A stretch of 64,000 nt of DNA from an uncultured Gammaproteobacteria bacterium (GTDB lineage Bacteria; Patescibacteriota; Microgenomatia; Levybacterales; GWA1-39-11), in assembly GCA_964651815.1 (NCBI GenBank), contig CAZYWG010000001.1, forward strand, positions 1,189-65,188. Reading direction: 5' to 3'. Shown one piece after another: positions 21,317 to 32,400 of this stretch. Below the pieces are notes generated by a model, which was not told where the DNA came from, made no database searches, and saw only the letters and a list, made by a program, of their open reading frames with translations. Made by a program: the position numbers and the translations under genes. Within the stretch, counting starts at the first letter, position 1. Each line of letters starts with the position of its first letter.

Positions 21317-22594
21317 CTATTTCTCTATAGTAAAAATTGGAAAAAGATCTAGGGAGTCGTGGGCTTCATGTAGTCTATATTCACTGTCGCTATACATCAT
21401 ATACAATTCATCATCGTGTCCAACCTTATCTCCCAATCTTTTGTATAAAAATAGTCCGGCGCGATGATCTTCAGGAGCGCCGAGAATCCTTGCAACTGTC
21501 GTAATATTTTTGCTGGAAATTTTTGTAACCTTACCCGTTAATAAAGTTTTCCTTACAAGTCGGTGTTTTCCAGGCAACATACCTTTTGACGTTACATTTT
21601 CATCTCCTCCTTGAGCCTTCACAATCTCCCTAAATTTGGTAAGAGCTTGACCACTTGTCAGTAAATCCTTTGCCCACGCCTTTGTGTCTTTATATTTTTT
21701 TTGGAATTCGTCTTTTATTTTTTGTGAAGAATCAACAAGACACAGCTCTAAAAGCTTGGCAGATGCGTCAATACTTAAATCTTCTAGTGCGAGTGGCCTA
21801 TCTTCAGTTTGCTCTAACACTTTTAGTGAGTCGCGTGCTTCAAGGAGAGGACCTACCCCATTTCCCGCAGGTTCTTCCATTCTGTGAATAATCGCTTCAA
21901 CTTTTATCCCAAAGCGGCCTCCGAGATATTCAAATTTTTTCTTAAGAACGGCAGCTTCTTCTTCTCTGTGAATTTTGACAGTTGTTCCATATGGCAAATC
22001 AATTACAACGTGCGTTGCTCCAAAAGCAACTTTTTTTGCCATGACCGACACAACTATTTTGTCATAGCTTTCAAATACAAGCGGCTCTTCAATTTTTATA
22101 ATATCGTCGTCAGCCGGTGCAATCTTAAAACTCCCACCCCAAACAATACATGCACCCACTTTTTTTACAATTTCATAAATTTCTTCTTTTGTGAAGGTTA
22201 CATTAGAAAGAACCTCCATGCAGTCTGCCGTTCCGGCTGGCGTTGTAATTGCACGTGAAGAACTCTTTGGGATTTTAAAACCGGCGGCAGCAATTATTGG
22301 GACGAGAATAAGTGTGACACGAGTTCCGGGAACTCCACCTATTGAATGTTTATCTGCGACTAGCCCTGAAAACTCAAGCTTTTCCCCAGTCTCAACCATT
22401 GCTTTTGTAAGGAAATATAATTCTTCATCAGAAAATCCTTCAGAATATCCGGATGCTACAAAATATGTGGTCAAAATATCGCCCAGCTTATCTTGCGATA
22501 TTTGATCCATAATCGCATATATCTCGCGATATGATAGCTTTTTTCCAACTAATTTTTTGCGTATTGCTTCAAGAGCTAAAGTTTTCTCATCCAT
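21317..22594 (-). CDS. deoA: Thymidine / pyrimidine-nucleoside phosphorylase family protein (possible AMP phosphorylase role)
   Basis: DKHSIGGVPG and TTPAGTADCMEVL glycosyl-transferase family 3 motifs. 425 aa. Confidence 0.8.
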   Translation of the reverse strand: MDEKTLALEAIRKKLVGKKLSYREIYAIMDQISQDKLGDILTTYFVASGYSEGFSDEELYFLTKAMVETGEKLEFSGLVADKHSIGGVPGTRVTLILVPIIAAAGFKIPKSSSRAITTPAGTADCMEVLSNVTFTKEEIYEIVKKVGACIVWGGSFKIAPADDDIIKIEEPLVFESYDKIVVSVMAKKVAFGATHVVIDLPYGTTVKIHREEEAAVLKKKFEYLGGRFGIKVEAIIHRMEEPAGNGVGPLLEARDSLKVLEQTEDRPLALEDLSIDASAKLLELCLVDSSQKIKDEFQKKYKDTKAWAKDLLTSGQALTKFREIVKAQGGDENVTSKGMLPGKHRLVRKTLLTGKVTKISSKNITTVARILGAPEDHRAGLFLYKRLGDKVGHDDELYMMYSDSEYRLHEAHDSLDLFPIFTIEK

Positions 22595-22618
22595 AGCTTA
22601 ATACAACCAATATATACC

Positions 22619-22698
22619 AATACTACCAATTTCCAATAATTTAATTTTCTCTCGATTGAAATATTTGTAGTATTTGTGGCATTGGTAGTATTTGTATT
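22619..22698. repeat. Palindromic intergenic element A: AATACTACCAAT ... (TTTGTAGTATTTGT) ... ATTGGTAGTATTTGTATT
   Basis: 12-bp perfect inverted repeat (22619-22630 / 22681-22692) plus a direct GTAGTATTTGT duplication, 25 nt upstream of the deoA-like start. Related to the element at 34027-34119. Confidence 0.5.
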
Positions 22699-22701
22699 AT
22701 T

Positions 22702-22962
22702 TTATACTTCCTTTCCCAAAATCATCCTGAATGCGGATCCTACAACAGACTTTATAATTTTCATTGTCCAATAAAGTATTGCGCTAAAAACTTTGATAAT
22801 TGCAGGCTCTACTGCAGAAAAATAATATTTAATTCTTCCCCATGCGCTTTTTAGCTTATAATTTTTAATCTCATCTTCATTCATTCCAAAATCACTCGAA
22901 CTATTAGGTAGATCTTCTTGAACTGGTGTTAAATTATTATTTAAATTGCTTTGTTCTTCCAT
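22702..22962 (-). CDS. Hypothetical small protein
   Basis: ORF only, last gene of the sortase operon. Confidence 0.3.
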   Translation of the reverse strand: MEEQSNLNNNLTPVQEDLPNSSSDFGMNEDEIKNYKLKSAWGRIKYYFSAVEPAIIKVFSAILYWTMKIIKSVVGSAFRMILGKEV

Positions 22963-23711
22963 AAATACGTTGTCTTATCTGCAACCTGTTGCAAAGCCGC
23001 CCTTACAATAAGCCGTTTCCATATTGTACCTGGCGGCGTACAGGTAACTATTGTTATATATGAATTATCAAAACTCTGCGAAAGCATATTGGTGTCATCA
23101 GGAGAGGTAATAATAATTGAGAAGATTTTATATTTATAAGTTGCATCGGCAACTGTTGCATCAATTTCGTCGCCAATTTTAATTGTATGAAGAGTAGCAA
23201 AAATTGCTTTGTAATTATGCTGGTCAAACCAGGCGGGAATTGTTGAATGTCCAAAAATAACGGCCGTTCCTTTTTCTCCCGGGATAGAAGTACCAAGATA
23301 TTGAACCAGATGGTGATCCAGATCATAGTCGGTTGTTGAAACTCTCGCACTTTCTATTCCTAGTTTTGGAATAGATAAAAGATATGATGAAATTTTCACT
23401 TTTTTCTGAGAAGTTATATTTGTAGTAAGACTTGGGTACCAATTACGGGCGTCTGTGTAATCATGAGTTAAAGAATTTATTCCCTGCGTAAGCAAACTTC
23501 CAAACCCGGAGTCTCCTGAAATTACCATATATTTTGGGATAGGTGCCTCAATTCCAGCAGATGCGTATGCATTTCCTAAAAAAAGCTGGTATGAGATTAT
23601 AGGGAAGAAAAAATAAGCAAACATACCCATTCCTAAAATAATTAAAAAAAGTCCAAGCATTTTCTTGCGTTTAAATCCTAACGTTTTGCGTTTTATATAA
23701 TAGGTAGACAT
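22941..23711 (-). CDS. Sortase (transpeptidase)
   Basis: N-terminal TM helix, LSIPKLGIESARV, GTAVIFGHS, and the catalytic TLxTC-type motif SYITIVTCTPPG. Confidence 0.75.
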   Translation of the reverse strand: MSTYYIKRKTLGFKRKKMLGLFLIILGMGMFAYFFFPIISYQLFLGNAYASAGIEAPIPKYMVISGDSGFGSLLTQGINSLTHDYTDARNWYPSLTTNITSQKKVKISSYLLSIPKLGIESARVSTTDYDLDHHLVQYLGTSIPGEKGTAVIFGHSTIPAWFDQHNYKAIFATLHTIKIGDEIDATVADATYKYKIFSIIITSPDDTNMLSQSFDNSYITIVTCTPPGTIWKRLIVRAALQQVADKTTYLWKNKAI

Positions 23712-23715
23712 TGGT

Positions 23716-26013
23716 TTACTCTTTGACTTCTATATTTATATTTTTAGGGTTTAAGGGCAAGATGGCAGGGAGGAACGGAATTTTATTAGAAAATGAAATG
23801 TTCACGTCGGTTACGCCGGTTATACTCCTGATCTTATTTTGGGATGATTTTTCCGACTTTCCACCTAAACTCGCTGCAAGCTGACTAGGATCAATTTGTG
23901 GTACATAAACAGCATGGACTTTAAGAGTTGCCGTGGCGCTTGACCCGTCTTTAGAAATTTTTATATTATTTACGTCTGTTGTTGAATCGCCTTTGCGCAA
24001 AACGTAAGTGCCAGGTACTTGGCTCTTTGACAGATTTTCTACAAAGTTACTTAAATCCGATTTATTGTACTCCCCTATACTGTATTTAATAGTTGCAGAA
24101 ATCCCAACGCTTCCTGCTTGATCATTAACTTTTTTAGTATAACTTTTATCACTCACGTCTTGAGTTAAACTCTTTGGGAAAATTTCTGTATCAGTACTGG
24201 CTCCTGATTTTGCTTTTGACATAGCATCACTTTCAAGTGAAGAAATTACTTGAGCGAGCAAATCGTCGATATCTTTTTGTGAAACAACTGTAGAGGTTGT
24301 TTTTGTACCTCCGCTTATTGCGCTGCCATTTTTCCCTATGAAATCTGAAGAAGAAAAACCTTTGACAGTGAAATTAGAACCTGAGGGAAGATTGTATTCT
24401 TTGCCAAAATTTGACGCTTCTACTTTTCCGTCCGCAGAAGAAAGGGATGTTGCAAAAGAACTAGTGGATGCGATTTTTACGTCATTTAAAAGCTGGAATT
24501 CAAGATTATTTGGACCAACTAAAATTGTACCTTTTGAAAATGACTTATCACCCTCATTTTTATTATAAATTGTAATGGATCCTTTTGCGTGGTCTCCGGT
24601 ATCTTTTGTCCCTGAGGAATTTTTTGTTTCCGAACCATTTACTTCTTCGCTTGTAGCGCTGAGTTTTATAGCATTGTCCCCTGTTGGGTTTTGAGAAAAT
24701 GAAATATCCTGGGATTTATCAATAGCTTTTTTATCAGTGAAAATTACAACCGTTGCATGCAGCAAATAGTTAACGTATACAAACAGAAATAATACTATGA
24801 CAACAATAACTATGACCAAACCTGCTATTAATTTAGGACGTCCCGCTGACGTATTATTTAAAAATGGTAGACTTGGGAAAGAGAAACTTGGAATTTTCAA
24901 CTTTTTAAAGTTAATGCCGGAAAAAACGTTTCCTATATTTATGGGAAATTGCGATTTTGAAGTCGTTTGAAAATCGCCCTCTATCTCACTTTGGCCGGGG
25001 GTATCTCCCTCTTGAAAATAGGATATCTCGGGCTCCTCCTTCTTACCCCGCGGACTTTTGGCTGAAATGGCGGCTTTGACACTTTCTGTTTCATTTAAAA
25101 TATCTTCACTACTTTCTTCCGGCAACTTTTCTAAATTTTCTAGTTTTTTGGCTTTTTCAATTGCAACGTCTGAATCTTTTGCAAAACCAAATTCCTGAGC
25201 ACTTGCTTCTTCCAGTACATCTTCCGGAACTACTTCTTCCTCAACAGTTTTAACGTTTGCCAAAACCTCTAGCTCCATTTGTGATGCTACTCCGTTGATC
25301 GTTGCTTCATTTTCAAAACCTTTTTCAAGCGTTACGACTTGTGGAACATGAAGAAAAGGGATATCCCTTGGCCATTTGTGTGACAAGAATTGCTGCTGAA
25401 TTGATTCTCCGCCATCATAATCTGCCAAAATTATTTTTGATGGAAGAACATCTACGCTTTCAAGCTTTTTTAACAAAGTTTCAGAAGACGTCATAATATT
25501 ATCCGAAACTGACTCGTTTGCCATCTCCAAAATTTTTCCTCCTCTGACCAAATACGCATACATATGTCTTTTTGCAATTTCAAGAAATATTGCCGATACA
25601 GGGGCTCCTTCATTTTTTTCAATAAAGTGGACAATTGCTTCAATTGATGTGAGAAAGCCAACGGGGACAAGCCCTAAATCCTGGCAAACTTTTTTTAGAT
25701 TATCCAAATATTGTTTTTGGATTTTTCCATCCACTACCCAGTCGTATGGAACAGAAAAAATAGTTTTTTCTACTGTTCCGTCTGCTGGAAGGCTCGTTTC
25801 AACAAAGCTAATTGCGCGGTCACTGGCATGAAGCAAATCCTCTGCTGATAAGTCATCTGTATCTTTTGATGTTTCAACTTCGTGACTTGCGAGAATAAAA
25901 AGTTTGTCGTTTATTTCTTCAAATAAAATCGCTCCAACTTTATAGGGTTTGAAAAGGAGTGCAAGAAAAAAATTCTTCTTCTCCTCACTTTTTTTTAGGA
26001 AAGGCAGTTGCAT
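23716..26013 (-). CDS. Bitopic membrane protein. N-terminal cytoplasmic domain has weak FtsA/PilM-like actin-fold resemblance, then one TM helix and a large Ser/Thr-rich extracellular domain.
   Basis: TM helix LIAGLVIVIVVIVLFLFVYV near residue 390. N-terminal DLGLVPVGFLTSIEAIVHF...YAYLVRGGKIL resembles the FtsA 2A subdomain but the ATP-binding Gly loop is degenerate. Stop lies 4 nt before the sortase start. Confidence 0.55.
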   Translation of the reverse strand: MQLPFLKKSEEKKNFFLALLFKPYKVGAILFEEINDKLFILASHEVETSKDTDDLSAEDLLHASDRAISFVETSLPADGTVEKTIFSVPYDWVVDGKIQKQYLDNLKKVCQDLGLVPVGFLTSIEAIVHFIEKNEGAPVSAIFLEIAKRHMYAYLVRGGKILEMANESVSDNIMTSSETLLKKLESVDVLPSKIILADYDGGESIQQQFLSHKWPRDIPFLHVPQVVTLEKGFENEATINGVASQMELEVLANVKTVEEEVVPEDVLEEASAQEFGFAKDSDVAIEKAKKLENLEKLPEESSEDILNETESVKAAISAKSPRGKKEEPEISYFQEGDTPGQSEIEGDFQTTSKSQFPINIGNVFSGINFKKLKIPSFSFPSLPFLNNTSAGRPKLIAGLVIVIVVIVLFLFVYVNYLLHATVVIFTDKKAIDKSQDISFSQNPTGDNAIKLSATSEEVNGSETKNSSGTKDTGDHAKGSITIYNKNEGDKSFSKGTILVGPNNLEFQLLNDVKIASTSSFATSLSSADGKVEASNFGKEYNLPSGSNFTVKGFSSSDFIGKNGSAISGGTKTTSTVVSQKDIDDLLAQVISSLESDAMSKAKSGASTDTEIFPKSLTQDVSDKSYTKKVNDQAGSVGISATIKYSIGEYNKSDLSNFVENLSKSQVPGTYVLRKGDSTTDVNNIKISKDGSSATATLKVHAVYVPQIDPSQLAASLGGKSEKSSQNKIRSITGVTDVNISFSNKIPFLPAILPLNPKNINIEVKE

Positions 26014-26031
26014 ATTTAGTTTAGGGCGGCC

Positions 26032-27852
26032 TTATTCAACAACAGCATAAATTCGCCTGTTGGATTTTCCAAGGCTTTCCTCTTTTATTATTTTAAACTT
26101 TTTAATCTCACCTGTAAAATTAACATGAGGACCGCCACAAAATTCGGCTGAGTACGGTTTATCCGACGACCGGTTTGAAAAAGGACCAATAAAATATATC
26201 TTCACATCTTTTTGATATTTTCCATCAAACAACCCTATTGCGCCAATTTCTTTTGCTTTTTGAAGTGGCATTATTTCAAAATGCACGGGAAGATTATCTT
26301 TAATTTTCTCATTGACTATTTCTTCGACCCGTTTTACTTCTTCTTCCGTAAGTTTTCTATCAAAATTAAAGTCGAATCTAACTCTTTCCGTTGTAATATT
26401 TGAACCGGTTTGATGAACTTGGTCTCCCAAAACATCTCGAATTGCCTGATGCATTAAGTGAGTTGCCGTATGTCCTTTAATTGTTTGTTCCTGATGATCT
26501 GCTAGACCACCCGCGAATTTTTGTTGTGCTCCTGCACGCGACAAATTTTGGTGCTCTTCCATTTTTTCCGCAAATTTCTGATTATCAAACTCATAGCCAA
26601 GACTTTTAATTTGCGTTGGAGATAAACCATGACTAGTATATAAAGCAAATGCATCGTCTGCCGTTATTTCAGTTATACCCATCAACTCGTCCCCTACTTT
26701 TTTATACTTTTTACCGATGAATTTCTTTGCCTCAGAAAGTGTATTTTTATACTTCTGCTCTTCCTCAAGAATTACATTTTTAATAGTTTCGAATTGTTCG
26801 ATTAGATATTTATCTGTTTCACTGTAACTATCAACAATAGTCTCAATTACCGGAACGATTGTACTTCCATTTAGGCTTTCGAAGTTATCAAATGCACGCC
26901 GTAAAAGTCTTCTCAAAATATATCCTTGTTCTTTATTTGACGGACGGACATTGTTAGCGGTTAAAAAGATTGATGCAACTAAATGATCTGAAATAATCCT
27001 TACTTCTCTTTGATTAGAAGCATATTTTTTGGAGATTACATTTTCCAGGCTTTCAACAACCGAATTAAACAACGATGTTTTAAAAACATCTTGCTTATTT
27101 TCGGTCGCCATTATCAATCTTTCTAGTCCACCTCCAAAGTCAACATTTTTTTGTGATAATTCTTCAAACCCCTCGCCAGTTTTTTTGTATTGCATAAAGA
27201 CAGAATTACATATTTCTATATATCTTCCGCAATCACAATTAATATGACATTTCGGGCCGAATTTAGAATCGTGATCTGTTTCAAAATCGTAAAAAATTTC
27301 AGTATCTGGACCACCCGGTTCACCCACTGGCATTTTATCAGGTATGCCCGAACGGGACCACCAATTTTTTTCAACTCCATAAAAAAATATTCTTTCGTCC
27401 GGGTTTAAGCCTTCTTTTTTAAATAAACCTCGCCAAATCTCTTCGGATTCCGAATCTTTAGAAATATTCCCAAATCCTTCAAAAACCGTGACATACAATT
27501 TAGCAGGATCAATAGCCAACTCGCGGATTAAGAATTCAAAAACCCATGGAATTTGCTCGTTTTTAAAATAATCGCCGAGAGACCAATTTCCAAGCATTCT
27601 AAAAAATGTTGTATGACGCATATCTCCAACCTCATCTATGTCTTGCGCTCGAAAACAATTTTGAACATTAACTAACCGATTCCCTTGGGGATGTTTCTCC
27701 CCCAATAGATACGGGACCAAGGGCTGCATACCTGACGATGTGAATAAAGTGGTGGGATCATTTTCAGGAACTAGTGAAGAATTTGCGATTTGAAAATGAT
27801 CTCTTTTTTTAAAGAATTCTATATATTTCTGAATTATTTCTTGCGCTTTCAT
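26032..27852 (-). CDS. alaS: Alanine--tRNA ligase (short form, 606 aa)
   Basis: N-terminal class II core (LFTSSGMQPLVPYLLG, NCFRAQDIDEVGD) and editing-domain HxxxH (HTATHLMHQAIRDVLG). Confidence 0.85.
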   Translation of the reverse strand: MKAQEIIQKYIEFFKKRDHFQIANSSLVPENDPTTLFTSSGMQPLVPYLLGEKHPQGNRLVNVQNCFRAQDIDEVGDMRHTTFFRMLGNWSLGDYFKNEQIPWVFEFLIRELAIDPAKLYVTVFEGFGNISKDSESEEIWRGLFKKEGLNPDERIFFYGVEKNWWSRSGIPDKMPVGEPGGPDTEIFYDFETDHDSKFGPKCHINCDCGRYIEICNSVFMQYKKTGEGFEELSQKNVDFGGGLERLIMATENKQDVFKTSLFNSVVESLENVISKKYASNQREVRIISDHLVASIFLTANNVRPSNKEQGYILRRLLRRAFDNFESLNGSTIVPVIETIVDSYSETDKYLIEQFETIKNVILEEEQKYKNTLSEAKKFIGKKYKKVGDELMGITEITADDAFALYTSHGLSPTQIKSLGYEFDNQKFAEKMEEHQNLSRAGAQQKFAGGLADHQEQTIKGHTATHLMHQAIRDVLGDQVHQTGSNITTERVRFDFNFDRKLTEEEVKRVEEIVNEKIKDNLPVHFEIMPLQKAKEIGAIGLFDGKYQKDVKIYFIGPFSNRSSDKPYSAEFCGGPHVNFTGEIKKFKIIKEESLGKSNRRIYAVVE

Positions 27853-27886
27853 AGAGATTTATTATAGCATGAATAGTTATAAGCGA

Positions 27887-27915
27887 TTGACAATTTAGCC
27901 TCGTTACCGTAAAAT
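27887..27915 (+). promoter_or_regulatory. Sigma70-like promoter (TTGACA - 17 nt - TAAAAT) for the RND efflux operon
   Basis: ttgaca 27887-27892, taaaat 27910-27915, about 70 nt upstream of the ATG at 27985. Confidence 0.5.
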
Positions 27916-27984
27916 CATAAAGTTGCTTTTGTATTCCGCAAGGAACTGCCATAACTGCCCCCCAAGTAACTCCACTTTATTGTC

Positions 27985-29493
27985 ATGGCAAACACAAGAA
28001 AAAAAAATATTGGATCAACTGTTACTTCTCGTGTTTCGAGTTTCTACTCGCAAACTTCAAGCAGAATAAAAGACCTGAATACTCGACAAAGAAGCAAAGT
28101 AATATGGCGGAAAACAACCGTGTTTGTCCAAAAAAGACCGATGGCAAGTTTTTTCATCGCGCTTTTTATTCTCTTCTTGGCAATAGTTCTCAACTCTGTA
28201 ATTTCCCCAAAACCCAAAGAAACTACAACTCTTCCACCTGTAAAAGAGGTCACAGTTTATAAGGTGGGGGTTGCACCAAGAGTAAGTATATCGGCAAAAG
28301 TTAAAAAAGCAGGTGTAATTCAAATTGTGGCACAAACCCCAGGTATTGTTTCCGCCATCAATGTGGTTGAGGGACAAACTGTCACACGCGGAACCAATCT
28401 TTTAAGTCTTGCCAATAACTACCAGGGTGGTAACGCGTTTTCAGTCCAGCGGCAAATTGCTGCAGATCAATACCAAAATGTGCAGGATACTTATGATGCC
28501 CAAAAAGACTCTATTGGAAAGCAAATGCAAATTGCCGATGCAAATAAAAATAATTCCGACATGATGCGCAGCCTTATTAACCAATCTATTTCCGACACTC
28601 AAGGTTTAATAGATTTTAATGACAATATTTTATCAACTCTCAATGCAAATCTTAAAAATCTTGAAGACTCAAATAACAATGGCTCAAATGATTCGGCGAT
28701 TCTTGCTCTCAAAGGTCAAATAGCACAGGTTGGTGCGGCGGTGGCTCAATTGAATATTTCAAACCGCCAAGCTCGTTTTCAATCGGATACAGCAAATCCT
28801 CCAACTCAACTAGCTGACTTTCAACACGACTTGGCAGTCAGGCAATTTCAAATTCAGCAAAAAATGCTTGATCTAGGAAGGGAAACAAGTCGGCTGGGAC
28901 TTGCCCTCGCGCAAATAAATGAAGCCACTATGTATCCTTCTGCCCCTTTTGATGGGGTTATTGAACGCGTGCATGCAGTTGTGGGACAATCAGTGGCACC
29001 TGGGACACCCCTTGTTACAATTTCCGGAACAAACAAGAAAACAACTGTTATTGCATATGTCCCTCGGGATATCGCCGAAAAAGTTTCAAAGATTGAATCA
29101 AGCAGGATTTATGTTGGCAAAAAAGTTTATGAAGCACTCCCGGATTATGTTTCAACAGAAGCAACAGACGGTTTACTTAACGTAATTATTTACACATTAC
29201 CCGATGACGCTACTTCTCTCCTGACAGATAGTTCTTATATAAGAATAGAAGTCCCCGTTGGGTACGCAGATACCATGTCTACTATTCCTCAGATTCCAAT
29301 AGATAATGTTTTTCAGACGCAAGATGGTGCTTTTACTTATGTCACAGAAAATGGGAAAGCGGTCGCAAGAAGAATTGAGCTAGGGGACGTCCTTGGAAGT
29401 TTTGTGACTGTAGAAAAAGGGCTCAAGGCGGGTGATCACGTTATTCTCGATAGAAATATTGTAGCAGGTGATCAAATCCACGTTAATAACTAA
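27985..29493 (+). CDS. RND efflux periplasmic adaptor (membrane fusion protein, HlyD-like)
   Basis: N-terminal TM helix, coiled-coil Q/N-rich hairpin region and beta-barrel C-terminus. Immediately precedes the RND pump gene. Confidence 0.7.
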   Translation: MANTRKKNIGSTVTSRVSSFYSQTSSRIKDLNTRQRSKVIWRKTTVFVQKRPMASFFIALFILFLAIVLNSVISPKPKETTTLPPVKEVTVYKVGVAPRVSISAKVKKAGVIQIVAQTPGIVSAINVVEGQTVTRGTNLLSLANNYQGGNAFSVQRQIAADQYQNVQDTYDAQKDSIGKQMQIADANKNNSDMMRSLINQSISDTQGLIDFNDNILSTLNANLKNLEDSNNNGSNDSAILALKGQIAQVGAAVAQLNISNRQARFQSDTANPPTQLADFQHDLAVRQFQIQQKMLDLGRETSRLGLALAQINEATMYPSAPFDGVIERVHAVVGQSVAPGTPLVTISGTNKKTTVIAYVPRDIAEKVSKIESSRIYVGKKVYEALPDYVSTEATDGLLNVIIYTLPDDATSLLTDSSYIRIEVPVGYADTMSTIPQIPIDNVFQTQDGAFTYVTENGKAVARRIELGDVLGSFVTVEKGLKAGDHVILDRNIVAGDQIHVNN

Positions 29494-29496
29494 ACT

Positions 29497-32400
29497 ATGG
29501 CAGCACAAGACAGGACCGGACTTTTCAGGTTTCTAAAATTTGATCCCAACTTAAGGAAAAGTCTTTTTGCCAAGTACCTTGCAAATCCAAGACTCGTCAT
29601 TCTTCTTCTTTTTTCCGTGATACTTATTGGAGCATATTCTTATGCATCACTCCCGCGCGAGCTTAATCCAACAATTAACATTCCAATTGTCTTGGTGAGT
29701 ACTGTTCTGCCCGGAGCCTCTCCAGCCGACGTTGAGTCCCTTGTCACCGTCCCAATAGAAGATTCTATTAATAGTCTTGAAAAAGTTAAGACCGTAAGTT
29801 CTACTTCTCAAGACAATGTCTCGATTGTGACCGTTGAGTTCCAGTCAGGTACCGACCCTGATAAAGCAAAGAATGACGTTAAATCCGCTGTTGATGGTGT
29901 AAGTACTCTCCCAACAGATGCTCTAGCGCCACAGGTTTTAAAACTGGATTTTCAAAATGCTCCAGTCTGGACGTTTGTCTTGACAACAAGTGCTGACGAT
30001 GGGAGCTTGTTTAAATTTGCAAAAAACTTGCAGAAAAAAGTTGAGGATCTTCCAGAAATTGATAAAGTTGATATTGCGGGACTTGAAGACACGGAAGTAC
30101 AAATAACAATAAATCCGGAGTCATACGCTGCATACAATGTAAATCCCATCCAACTCTCAAGTATAATTACTTCGTCGCTTAAAAGTTTTCCCGCAGGTTC
30201 AGTCAGAACAGAAAATAGCACATTCTCCCTAACCATTGATCCGCAAGCAACAACAGTTGACGATCTAAGAAATCTACAAATAGCGCTCCCTGGTCCTGCT
30301 GCACAAACCGTAGCTCTCTCAGATATTGCGACAATTGTAGACCGGCCAAAACCTTCACAAGGACAATCATTCATTGCTTACCCTCATGGAAAAGTTGGCC
30401 GCGCCGTAACTTTTGCAGTTCACAAGACGAGTGCAACAAATATTAACACAGCAGTTACTTCTGCCAAACGCCTTGTTGATTCTGAAGTGAAAAATACTTC
30501 AGGCGTCTTTCGCGCGGTGACACTCATTAACACGCAGGATGAAATAGATAAACAATTTCGTGATTTGACAAGGGATTTCTTAATTACAGTTATTCTTGTT
30601 GTCCTAGTGCTCTTCATATTCTTGGGTCCACGTCAAGCACTTGTCTCGTCCCTTTCCGCTCCGTTGAGTTTTTTAATTACTTTTATAGTAATGAAGCAAT
30701 CCGGAATTACTCTTAACTTCCTGTCGCTCTTTTCCCTAATTTTATCACTGGGACTTTTGGTAGATGATACTGTCGTTGTAATCTCTGCTGTCAGCGCGTA
30801 TCACAAGACGAATCGGTTCAGTCCTTACGAGACCGGACTTTTAGTGTGGCGTGACTTTTTAACTCCTGTATTTACAACAACCGTTACAACAGTGTGGGCA
30901 TTTCTTCCTCTGTTATTGTCAACCGGAATAATTGGAGAATTTATAAAATCAATTCCAATAGTTGTCTCCACTGCTTTAGCTGGGTCTTTTATAGTAGCCA
31001 TGTTTATAACACTACCGCTCACGGTAATATTTCTTCGTCCTCAGATTCCAGAGCGTGTTACAAAATTAATCAAAATTCTCGCTGCGATTATTCTTGTTGC
31101 AATTCTTTGGTCGGTTATTCCAAAAGGGAAACTTTTTATTGTAGAAATTATCGCACTAATCGTATTTATTTTTGTGATCTACTCACTTCGTAGCTATAGA
31201 ACAGTCATAAAACAAAGGGTTGCGGAATATTTTGTCCCTAAAAATCATCGACAAGTGAGTTTTAGAACAAAAATAATTCGGAATATTTTCGGGCGAGATT
31301 ATAGCGAGGGTGTTATCAGTTTTGACAAAATAAATGCTGCCTATAAACAAACTATTGAAAAGATTTTATCATCAGGGCACAACCGCAGAATGGTTATTAC
31401 AATGGTTATAATATTTTCGTTATTTTCATTTTTGCTTTTACCATTGGGTCTTGTAAAAAACGAATTTTTCCCAAAGACTGACCAAAACATTGTGTATCTA
31501 ACTCTCGAGCTTCCTGCAGGTACACAAATCGGGGATACAAAAAAAGAAGCACTAAAAGTTCTTACCGATCTTAAAAATACAAACGGGATCAAGTTTGCGA
31601 GTCTTGACCTAGGACAATCAATTGGCAATAACGGCGGGACGCAAGGGGCTGGGGACAACAATGCGCTTTTTAGCCTAAATCTTCTTGATGCCGGCAAAAG
31701 GCGCGAGTCAACAGAAATTGCGGATTCACTTAGGACCAAATTTGCTAATTATCAAAAAGGTAGACTTAACGTAGTGGAAGAGTCAGGAGGACCGCCGGCA
31801 GGTGCAGACCTTCAGATAAAATTGCTCGGGGATGACCTCTCCATTTTAGGAAAAAAAGCAGATGAGGTTGCTGCATACCTGGAAAAGCAACCCGGCGTAA
31901 CTAACGTTGATAAATCAGTTAAAAGCGGAACTAGTAAATTGGCTTTTGTCCCGGATAAGTCCCTTCTTGCTCAGCAAAATATTGGGTATGACCAGCTTGG
32001 ACTTTGGCTTAGACTTTACGCCTCCGGATTTAAGGTAGCCTCACACAAGTTCCCGGGGGACAATAAAGACCGGGATGTCACATTAAGACTTTATCCCGAA
32101 TCCGCATTTGCAAATAGACTTGACCAAGTGATATTACCGCTTCAGGCTGGTGGAAATATCCCATTGTCATCTCTTGGTAAGTTAAATCTCGAGGAAAACC
32201 CAACAATCATTACACGCGAGGATGGAAAAAGGACAATCTCGGTAACCGCAGCTGTAAAGAGAGGATTTAATGTTCAGGATAAAAATAAGTCGCTTGAGTC
32301 CTTTGCAAATACTAAGCTTGCGCTGCCCGAGGGATATTCATGGAAAACGGGTGGAGTAAATGAAGAAAACGCAAATTCTGTTCAATCAATTTTAAGTGCC

